In this document: piece after piece, positions 56,474 through 64,000 of the stretch
Layout: every line of letters begins with the position of its first letter
How positions within the stretch are numbered: the stretch's first letter is position 1
NCBI GenBank assembly: GCA_949373075.1
Contig: CASIBX010000002.1
Location: 1,019-65,018 of the forward strand
Direction of reading: 5' to 3'
From: Candidatus Poseidoniaceae archaeon
GTDB lineage: Archaea; Thermoplasmatota; Poseidoniia; Poseidoniales; Poseidoniaceae
DNA: 64,000 nt
Notes under the pieces: generated by a model
Databases searched by the model: none
What the model was told of the DNA's origin: nothing
Seen by the model: only the letters and a program-made list of their open reading frames with translations
Program-made: the position numbers and the translations under genes

Positions 56474-58465
56474 ATGGAGCCGGAAGGTGATGTGGCAACT
56501 CCCGCACTACTCGACCCAGAAGGTCTCGGTTTCATGTGTGGAATCGAAGTCCATCAACAACTAGCTACTGGGAAATTACATTCTCGACAACCAGGACAAC
56601 TTCACGATATTACAATCGAAACTTTGCCCAGCGATTGGCCGCAATTTCATCGCCGTCTACATTCGGCTAGAGGCGAAGGCGGAGCGATTGATGTTGCTGC
56701 AAGATTTGAATCTCGTCGAAACCGTTCTTTCGTATATTGTCAGGCTCCAAATTCAGGACTTATCGAACTGGATGAACAACCACCTCTCCCCCATGATAAT
56801 GACGCATTAGATATCTCCCTAACAGTTTCAGGAATGATTGGAGCCCATCCAGTTCCCCTACTGCAGACCATGAGAAAAACAGTTGTCGATGGTTCAAACA
56901 CTAGTGGGTTTCAACGTACAACTCTTGTTGCAACCGCTGGCGTTCTCGAAACCGAAGGCGGCCCGGTTGGAATCGACGTACTTTGTCTAGAGGAAGACAG
57001 TGCCCGCAAACTGGATAGCCAATTAACTCCCGAAGGAGAAATCGTCACTTGGAACCTAGATCGCTTGGGCATCCCATTAATCGAAATCGCAACAGCACCC
57101 GATGTAAAAAACCCTGACCATGCTAAACAAACTTCCATTGCATTAGGGCGAACTCTGCGTGATACTCGTCGTGTTAGGAGGGGGTTAGGAAGTATTAGAC
57201 AAGACCTCAACGTTTCGTTAATGTGTGGAGACAGAGTTGAAATTAAGGGTTGTCAGGATTTAGATTGGATTCCTAAAATCATTCGATGCGAAATGTCTAG
57301 ACAACTCCACTTTTACCGATTAGCAAACAAATTACGCAGTTCAAATCAATTGCCATTGTTAACCCCCGATAGGAGAATTGAATCCTCTGATGTCTCTGGC
57401 GAAGTATCAAAAATCCTGAAATTGCAACTTGTTGATGTGAGTTCTTCATTCGAATCTTGTGAATCTAAAATGGTAAAGTCAGGCCTAGAATCTAATTCCA
57501 TAATGTTAGCATTGCCTCTTCCTGGATTTAATGGCCTAATCGGAGTCAAAGAATTTGATGCAGACGGTGCACAAATGCCTCGTCTCGGCAGGGAATTAGC
57601 CGGTGCTGCCAAACTAGCAGGCGTCGCAGGAGTATTCCATTCAGATGAATTACCAGCATATGGTATTGAACAGGAATTCGTCGATGCTACACGTGAACAG
57701 TTGAATGATGCAGACGCATTTGTATTGTGTCTAGCACCTAGGTGGCAAGGCGAACTTGCGTTAGAAAGTGTCCTCAATAGAGCAAGGATGGCTTTCGATA
57801 GGATTCCTCAAGAGGTTCGTAATGTTGTAATCAAGAAAGGCTCACCTGAAGATGGAACAACAACGCCAATGCGCCCATTACCGGGTGGTGCTAGGATGTA
57901 CCCTGAAACAGATATTCCTCCTTTACAAATCACAACTCATCGGTGGCAGAATATTTTAGAGAATTTGCCTATGACTCAAAGTGAAAGGCTTGCTAGACTC
58001 CACACGTTTGAGATTAGTGCAGACCAGAGCAAGCAACTTCTATCTAGAGAATTAGACGACCATTTCGTAGCCCATAACCAAGGTTTGCCTCCAAAAGCAT
58101 GGGCCACAATGCTTCTAGAAAACAACGGAGATATTGGCTTGATGGCTTTGGTACTTGCAGCTAAAGAAGCAGGTCATGTAACTCGTGAAGGAATGACAAA
58201 TCTCATCGAAGAGTTCACAGGCATGAATCCTAGTATGGATGAACTGGCCATCAAAGCAGAGGAATTAGGAATCAAACCAGCAGATTCTGGAGACTTACTT
58301 TCAATCGTTGAGAAAGTAGTAGCCAGCCGAGTCGATTTCGTGAAAGAACGTGGAATGGGCGCTTTGGGTCCACTGATGGGATTAGTGATGAAAGAATGTG
58401 GCGGGGCTGCTGATGGTAAACAGGTCAGTGCGCTATTGCGAGAAGTTATCATGAGGCATGCATGA
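56474..58465 (+). CDS. gatE: Glu-tRNA(Gln) amidotransferase subunit E
   Basis: GIEVHQQL, MRKTVVDGSNTSGFQRT, RGLGSIRQDLNVS, FHSDELPAYGI, RPLPGGARMYPETD; AGGTGG RBS before ATG 56474. Confidence 0.96.
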   Translation: MEPEGDVATPALLDPEGLGFMCGIEVHQQLATGKLHSRQPGQLHDITIETLPSDWPQFHRRLHSARGEGGAIDVAARFESRRNRSFVYCQAPNSGLIELDEQPPLPHDNDALDISLTVSGMIGAHPVPLLQTMRKTVVDGSNTSGFQRTTLVATAGVLETEGGPVGIDVLCLEEDSARKLDSQLTPEGEIVTWNLDRLGIPLIEIATAPDVKNPDHAKQTSIALGRTLRDTRRVRRGLGSIRQDLNVSLMCGDRVEIKGCQDLDWIPKIIRCEMSRQLHFYRLANKLRSSNQLPLLTPDRRIESSDVSGEVSKILKLQLVDVSSSFESCESKMVKSGLESNSIMLALPLPGFNGLIGVKEFDADGAQMPRLGRELAGAAKLAGVAGVFHSDELPAYGIEQEFVDATREQLNDADAFVLCLAPRWQGELALESVLNRARMAFDRIPQEVRNVVIKKGSPEDGTTTPMRPLPGGARMYPETDIPPLQITTHRWQNILENLPMTQSERLARLHTFEISADQSKQLLSRELDDHFVAHNQGLPPKAWATMLLENNGDIGLMALVLAAKEAGHVTREGMTNLIEEFTGMNPSMDELAIKAEELGIKPADSGDLLSIVEKVVASRVDFVKERGMGALGPLMGLVMKECGGAADGKQVSALLREVIMRHA

Positions 58466-60102
58466 TGAAGCGTAGCATCATTCTTGTCGGACTTCTATTC
58501 TGTCTGTTAATTCCCCTATCTACTGGTGCTACAGAGGAATCAAACTCGTGGGACGTTGATTTGGATAATGGATATATTTCCACAAAACCGATTATTATTG
58601 AAGACCAAGTAATCGTCAGAACATCGGGTTTCTGGACGGGGGAAGATAGACCTCATGTATACTCATACGATTTACACGAAGGTACTCAAAATTGGAAATA
58701 CCGAAGCAATACTTCAACTCAACACGATATGTCTCCATTATTGCATGTCGAAGCAGGTTCAGGCGAGTGTGGTAATTGGGATGAAATGATTCTGGTTGGA
58801 TGGACTGATGGTAAAGTCACAGCATTGGATATTTCAGACGGGTCATTGGTTTGGAGCGCCCAAACCGAAGTGATAACCTGGGGAGTCACCGGCGCTATGG
58901 CTCTAGATTCAGATGTTGTTGTTGTTCCAACTCGCAAAGGCTTGTCCACATTTTGCCTTGACGGTGGTGATTTGGAATTAAGAGTAGATTTGTCAGAATT
59001 GGGTTGGAGAAATGGAGTAACCGTTAGTCAAGTTGGATATTATCTTGGAAATGAAGACGGGGTTCTCAATACAATCTCACGGCAGGGCGAGATAAGTAAT
59101 ACCTCCATCGGAGACGGTAAGATTCGACATGCTCCAATCGAAACCACTAACGGAATTCTAATTCATCTTCAAACATCTACTGGCTCAGAGATTTATGTAA
59201 ACAATGAACTGTTATCTGTGGAAGGTTATTCTCCTGCAATACCGCTAAAGGTCGGCAAAATGGTATTTTTAGCAACAAGTTCTCACGTAATTTCGGTTGA
59301 TTGTGAAATAAATTGTTCGATAGAAGGCCGGACAAATTATCACACCAACGGTGAAATTGTCTTGCAGCCAGATGGCCAAATCTGGTTTCCAAATAATTCC
59401 CCTGAAGGCGGTTGGGGAACTGGCTTACCCGGTTCCGAGATAACAACATTTCACACTCTGCTCGGCACATACACAACAGCAGGTCCTGGTTTCGGGACTA
59501 ATGGTGAATTAGCACTAGGAAACGACAATGGAGTACTAACGGTATTCTCATCAAACGCAGCTTCAGATTCATCTGATGTTGAAAAATCAAAGACAGAAGA
59601 ATCTAATTTATATCTTAATCAAGCTTTGATTTTACTTCTGTGTGTGGCCATGTTCTACTTCCAAATTCAAAAGAATAACAAAATGGCAACTAAAGTCGGA
59701 CTCCTAATCCTCTTAGTAATCATGATCACCATCCTACCTGACATCTCTAATACTTGGTCCAAAGAAATCGGGGCACTAGAAGAGCCGCCTGGTGATTGGG
59801 ATGATTCATGGCCAGATGAATGGCTGGGTACTCAGGTAATGGTGTTTGAATTACCCGATGGTGAATTGGTAGTTGGCGGCTTTGCGGACTTTGAAAATGT
59901 CGAGGATTTCACTGATGCCGCCGCAGCCCAATTAGAGGTGACAGTCGCCAAGGAGTCCTATGATATTGGAGACTTAGTGACTTCTTTCAATGGCTATGAA
60001 GCCGATGGTTGGGAGTTTACTATTGATGGCAAAAGGTCCTCTGTTGGGATGACAGAGGCAGAACTTGCAGAAGACAGTGTTGTACGTTGGTCACCAGCGT
60101 GA
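58462..60102 (+). CDS. PQQ-type beta-propeller protein with two TM helices and C-terminal DUF4430 (transcobalamin-like) domain
   Basis: Signal peptide; DGKVTALDISDGSLVWS blades; two TM; VTSFNG...GWEFTIDGKRSSVG....L.EDSVVRW. Confidence 0.75.
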   Translation: MMKRSIILVGLLFCLLIPLSTGATEESNSWDVDLDNGYISTKPIIIEDQVIVRTSGFWTGEDRPHVYSYDLHEGTQNWKYRSNTSTQHDMSPLLHVEAGSGECGNWDEMILVGWTDGKVTALDISDGSLVWSAQTEVITWGVTGAMALDSDVVVVPTRKGLSTFCLDGGDLELRVDLSELGWRNGVTVSQVGYYLGNEDGVLNTISRQGEISNTSIGDGKIRHAPIETTNGILIHLQTSTGSEIYVNNELLSVEGYSPAIPLKVGKMVFLATSSHVISVDCEINCSIEGRTNYHTNGEIVLQPDGQIWFPNNSPEGGWGTGLPGSEITTFHTLLGTYTTAGPGFGTNGELALGNDNGVLTVFSSNAASDSSDVEKSKTEESNLYLNQALILLLCVAMFYFQIQKNNKMATKVGLLILLVIMITILPDISNTWSKEIGALEEPPGDWDDSWPDEWLGTQVMVFELPDGELVVGGFADFENVEDFTDAAAAQLEVTVAKESYDIGDLVTSFNGYEADGWEFTIDGKRSSVGMTEAELAEDSVVRWSPA

Positions 60103-60112
60103 AGTTCAAGGC

Positions 60113-60793
60113 GTGGACACTCTACCGCTGTGCATGGTACTAACAGACGGAGTCCACGGGCCAGCCCTCGCTCCGGTCGAATTATTAGCAATCAATATGC
60201 TTTTGATTACCATTTCGTTCTTCCTTTTGTGCAGGCCTACACATTCTGCAAAGAGGGAAATCCTTGTCCTAACCAGTATCACTGCTGCAGCCGCAGCAAG
60301 CCGAATTTTGCTAGAACCATTCCCTAACGTTCAGCCATTAACTATGATGTGCTTGGTGATGGGAGCGACTTTAGGAGCTCGCCGCGGAATGGCTTTTGCA
60401 GTCATAGCAACTATGGTTTCTAACCTAGTTTTGTCACATGGATGGTGGACTTTGTTCCAAGCAAGCGGCTGGGCTGCAATTGCATTTGCAGGTTCCCGTC
60501 TTGGATTAGTAGTTGGTAATGTAGTCGAAATGAAGCGCCTAGCAATAACTGCAGTAATCGTTTCAGTACTATTCGATTGGTGGGTTTCACTATCGATATT
60601 CACGAGTGGAATGACTATCTCTGAGTTTGGTATTTACATTCTAAACGGTCTACCATTCGATGCATTACACGCGGTTGCTAGTCTGGTAAGTGCTGTATGG
60701 ATTGCTCCTTGGCTTGCGAATTTAATATTCGAAGAGACTTTACAAATCGAGGAGCCACAAGTAAGTGGTGAGGCAGATGTCATCACCGCTTAA
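60113..60793 (+). CDS. ECF transporter S component (CbrT-like)
   Basis: SRILLEPFPNVQPL, LGARRG, VSN...GWWTLFQ..GW, GLPFDALHA; about 6 TM. Start uncertain (GTG 60113). Confidence 0.8.
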   Translation: MDTLPLCMVLTDGVHGPALAPVELLAINMLLITISFFLLCRPTHSAKREILVLTSITAAAAASRILLEPFPNVQPLTMMCLVMGATLGARRGMAFAVIATMVSNLVLSHGWWTLFQASGWAAIAFAGSRLGLVVGNVVEMKRLAITAVIVSVLFDWWVSLSIFTSGMTISEFGIYILNGLPFDALHAVASLVSAVWIAPWLANLIFEETLQIEEPQVSGEADVITA

Positions 60794-61145
60794 TGAAGTT
60801 ACAATGGTCTTAGTGACCCGTGACGACCTCAAACTTTCCAAAGGTAAGTTAGCAGCCCAATGCGCTCATGCTGCAGTTGACTGTGCTATGGGTGCGAAGA
60901 AGAAAGCCGCTCGATTGTATGAGCGGTGGAATCTGGCTGGTGCGCGTAAAATCGTACTCCGTGCTGATGATGAAATGCATCTTCGCCAACTCTATGCTAA
61001 AGCCCTAGAAGGTGGCCTAGTTTGTTCACTTATCAAAGACGCAGGACACACAGAAATACCGCCCGGTACAGTAACGGTTCTAGGCATTGGTCCGTCGCCG
61101 CGTTCAGCAGTTGATGCAATCACTGGCGACCTGAAACTGCTTTGA
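60777..61145 (+). CDS. pth2: peptidyl-tRNA hydrolase Pth2
   Basis: RDDLKLSKGKLAAQCAHA, KIVL, DAGHTEIPPGTVTVLGIGP, ITGDLKLL. Confidence 0.96.
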   Translation: MSSPLNEVTMVLVTRDDLKLSKGKLAAQCAHAAVDCAMGAKKKAARLYERWNLAGARKIVLRADDEMHLRQLYAKALEGGLVCSLIKDAGHTEIPPGTVTVLGIGPSPRSAVDAITGDLKLL

Positions 61146-61167
61146 GTGAAAGCGGCGTGGACTGTAC

Positions 61168-62208
61168 ATGCGCGAGTATCCTTCTGACCGTGTTGATGTG
61201 CGTAGTGACACCGTCACCCAGCCAACTGCGGCTATGCGTGCGGTAATGGAGAAAGCCGAAGTCGGAGACGATGTACTCGGTGATGACCCAACGGTCAACG
61301 AACTTCAGAATCGTCTGGCCAAGATGTTTGGCAAAGAAGCGGCATTATTTGTTGCAAGTGGTACTATGTCCAACGCTATTGCTCTACGAACCCACACAGT
61401 TCCAGGGGATGAAATCATATGCGACAAGACCGCTCATATCTACAAGTACGAGGGAGGCGGATATGCTGCACTATGTGGGGCATCAATCTCTCTCGTTGAA
61501 GGAGAAGGCGGCTTAATGACTGGCGCCCAAGTTAAATCTGCAATTCGTAAAGCAGAGGGCTCAGGTTCTCATTATCCAGATGGAACTCTAGTGTGTGTCG
61601 AGAATACATCTAATCTTGGAGGCGGGGCTTGTTACACTCAAGAAGCCCTTGATGAAATTGCAGCAGTAGCAAAAGCAAATGGTTGTGCAACTCACATTGA
61701 CGGTGCTAGAATATTCAATGCAGCAATCACGACAGGTGTCGATGTGGCACGAATGTGTCGTGATTATGATTCGGTCTCAATCTGTCTTTCAAAAGGCCTT
61801 GGAGCGCCTGTTGGGTCAGTGCTTGTGGGTTCTCAAGAATTCATCAACAAAGCTCATCGCTGGCGCAAGATGTTTGGTGGCGGATGGAGGCAAGCAGGGA
61901 TTCTTGCATCAGCAGCACTCTACACTCTAGATCATCACATAGATAGATTGGAAGAAGACCATGTACGGGCAAGAAAAGTCGCAGAAGCGATTAACGCAAT
62001 GGACAATTTTAGCGTTGATATGGAGGCGGTTCAATCGAATCTAGTATACGTCAACTGTAACATTCCAGCAGCAGATGTTGTGACATCATTGGCCGAACAT
62101 GGAATCGATATGTTCGACTTACCTTACAATCGAGTTCGAGTCGCAATTCATCTGCACATTACAGATGAAGATGTTGAGCGAATCATCGCAGCCTTCGCTG
62201 CGCAGTGA
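61168..62208 (+). CDS. ltaE: low-specificity L-threonine aldolase
   Basis: DVRSDTVTQPT, GDDVLGDDPTV, SGTMSN, HIDGARIFNA, CLSKGLGAPVGS, GGGWRQAG. Confidence 0.95.
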   Translation: MREYPSDRVDVRSDTVTQPTAAMRAVMEKAEVGDDVLGDDPTVNELQNRLAKMFGKEAALFVASGTMSNAIALRTHTVPGDEIICDKTAHIYKYEGGGYAALCGASISLVEGEGGLMTGAQVKSAIRKAEGSGSHYPDGTLVCVENTSNLGGGACYTQEALDEIAAVAKANGCATHIDGARIFNAAITTGVDVARMCRDYDSVSICLSKGLGAPVGSVLVGSQEFINKAHRWRKMFGGGWRQAGILASAALYTLDHHIDRLEEDHVRARKVAEAINAMDNFSVDMEAVQSNLVYVNCNIPAADVVTSLAEHGIDMFDLPYNRVRVAIHLHITDEDVERIIAAFAAQ

Positions 62209-63097
62209 ATGCTGCAACCATAATCACAGATAGTACTGCAATGAAACTGATACTCGGAAGTCCGCTGTCTTCATCATCTTCTTCAACAGGGTCTGCTGGG
62301 GTCACAGGATCTTCATCCTCAGGTTCTGGCAATACAACTTCATGGATGAGGTGTACTTCCAAATCATCACCGTCGTAAGCAGTAGGTAGTGTCACTTCCA
62401 TACTTCCTGACATAGATTCTCCCAGTTCAATAATTGCCCGAACACTCTCGTGATAGAATTCTTCTCCATTACTTCCATCTGGGAAGTAGGCAAGATGTTC
62501 AACAACCCAAATTGAACTCATTACGGTTGCACCTTCTGGTATTGTATCAGTATCCATTACCAGGTTCCATGTTGCAATAGCACTGGAATCGTTCGTAGAT
62601 GCCACCCACCCGAGTGTGGAAGTGCCCTGGCCTAGACTCAAAGGATTTTGCAAATTGGCGTTGTAATCGTCCTGCAGTGAGTCTCCAGAAGGAACACTGC
62701 CAACTTGCTTAATTGTTCCATTAAAGACAACAGTCGGAGGCAATCTTTGCTCATATCTTTCAATCCATCTCTCATCGCCCTCTTGCGAGCCTAATGGGTC
62801 TTCATTTTCTCCAATGAATCTGTGGAAGTGATATTGTTGCATATTATTTGTTTCTTCAACGTCATCTAGTGCGTGTTCCACCTTGACACAATTGGTGCAC
62901 CATGTAGCAGTATAATCTTCAACGATGGCGGGTAAATCTGAAAGAGCCATAGTTGCATTTCCGGAATTATGTGCAACGATGTGAACTCCACCAAATACAA
63001 ATCCTACCTCATCCAAATCTTCAGGCGCACCTGCATTACTAGACGGGATAATAGAAATTAACAAAATCAAAATTATACACGTTGCTCTTACTCGCAT
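62183..63097 (-). CDS. secreted/anchored thioredoxin-fold protein with PGF-CTERM-like tail
   Basis: Signal peptide from ATG 63097; VEDYTATWCTNC; PTVVFNG; acidic linker; GLPSISFIAVLSVIMVAAFTAQRR. Confidence 0.8.
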   Translation of the reverse strand: MRVRATCIILILLISIIPSSNAGAPEDLDEVGFVFGGVHIVAHNSGNATMALSDLPAIVEDYTATWCTNCVKVEHALDDVEETNNMQQYHFHRFIGENEDPLGSQEGDERWIERYEQRLPPTVVFNGTIKQVGSVPSGDSLQDDYNANLQNPLSLGQGTSTLGWVASTNDSSAIATWNLVMDTDTIPEGATVMSSIWVVEHLAYFPDGSNGEEFYHESVRAIIELGESMSGSMEVTLPTAYDGDDLEVHLIHEVVLPEPEDEDPVTPADPVEEDDEDSGLPSISFIAVLSVIMVAAFTAQRRLR

Positions 63098-63201
63098 ACT
63101 ATCCCTAATAGCGCACATATTTTCAATGATTGCCCTCCAAGTATCAGGCGTGGGTTCAATAACCCCCACGCCCCATTAAGTCCATCCCGTGGTGAAAATC
63201 A

Positions 63202-64000
63202 ATGATATCTGCTAATGAATCCGAACCCGCAATTCTTTCGATGGAGGCGATAGAAGCGGGAATCGGCACTCCAGACTGGCTGCTGGAGGCGATTGTTATG
63301 GGTCAGCGGCTGATGATTATTCATCCAACAGAAGCATCGAGAAAACAAACAATTTCCGAGCTGCATATGATGATGGGTGGAGGAATTGTAGATTCCTCGC
63401 ATCACCTAACAATTCAGAGATTTATTTCGATGCTACATATCGATTTGCGCCTACCTGCAGTTATGGAGGAAGACGGCGTAACATTCGAATTAACTCACCA
63501 GGCTCTGTCCTCACACGCTACAGATTACGGATTCCCTCTGATTCAGCCAAATCCCCAACACGCATGGACCCGCTCAAGGTCGCATAGGGTTTTGGCATTA
63601 CACAGAGAGATAATTTCGCTCATAAAACCACAAAATTGGGAGGACGACCCCGGGGCCATGTCTTGTGATAAAGTATTGAAAAGGTTGGAATCCGGAACTG
63701 GAATGACCCATCCTTCTCGAAGAACAAGAGTTGTTCTAGATGCATTAAATGAAACAGAAAAGATACCTTTCACACTTCGAGATGTATCTGGAATAATTAT
63801 GCTGGATCACGCTAGCAGTTTAAGCGAAGTAGAGTTAGCAGTAATGAGTAGAATAAGCCAACAAGTAAACCTCCACCAACTTGTGAATCCGGGCTCCCAT
63901 CGTCTCGGGTTCCATGGGGAGTACATCGAGGATATACACCCAGTCAGGAAACAATCAGAACTTCCAAAATGGGTTCCTGAGCATAACGTCTGGATACCTA
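63202..64000 (+). CDS. 3'-truncated ORF, possibly the N-terminus of an AddB-like helicase/nuclease subunit
   Basis: Not in the ORF track because it has no stop in the window. Open from ATG 63202 (GGTGA RBS at 63191) to the end: MISANESEPAILS...LMIIHPTEASRK...HLTIQRF...GIIMLDHASSLSEVE. Confidence 0.6.
   Translation, partial: MISANESEPAILSMEAIEAGIGTPDWLLEAIVMGQRLMIIHPTEASRKQTISELHMMMGGGIVDSSHHLTIQRFISMLHIDLRLPAVMEEDGVTFELTHQALSSHATDYGFPLIQPNPQHAWTRSRSHRVLALHREIISLIKPQNWEDDPGAMSCDKVLKRLESGTGMTHPSRRTRVVLDALNETEKIPFTLRDVSGIIMLDHASSLSEVELAVMSRISQQVNLHQLVNPGSHRLGFHGEYIEDIHPVRKQSELPKWVPEHNVWIP

Noticed and set aside
63147-63172. Inverted repeat GGCGTGGG-N10-CCCACGCC between divergent genes
   Set aside because: Single occurrence with no supporting context; cannot separate from chance.

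Overview
A 64-kb stretch of a compact archaeal chromosome, most likely Marine Group II Euryarchaeota (Poseidoniales). This is inferred from archaeal informational genes (rpl18e-rpl13-rps9-rpoN, MCM, GatE, Trm1, Pth2, two PAC2 chaperones) occurring with a DTK-motif proteorhodopsin, a bacterial-type NAD-dependent ligase and many large acidic surface proteins. It holds about 50 CDS and three tRNAs (Cys-GCA, Pro-GGG, Arg-GCG). I saw no rRNA, CRISPR array, transposase or integrase. The best candidate for an undescribed system is 10561-20830. A long structured leader with a duplicated palindromic box precedes a secreted dumbbell protein: Ca-binding TSP3-like ends joined by 44 consecutive Gly-Gln dipeptides and a Q/G-rich spacer. 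Next comes a 2642-aa membrane-anchored protein that shares the same DHDNDG repeat and ends in a DUF4129-like (transglutaminase-associated) tail. Other leads are an McrBC-like restriction pair with a DUF4357/RAMA-like domain beside a MazG-like pyrophosphatase, a three-gene Reeler-like CxnCH plus membrane-protein operon, and a beta-propeller/DUF4430 plus ECF S-component pair that may take up cobalamin. All family calls come from motif recognition by eye, not database searches.
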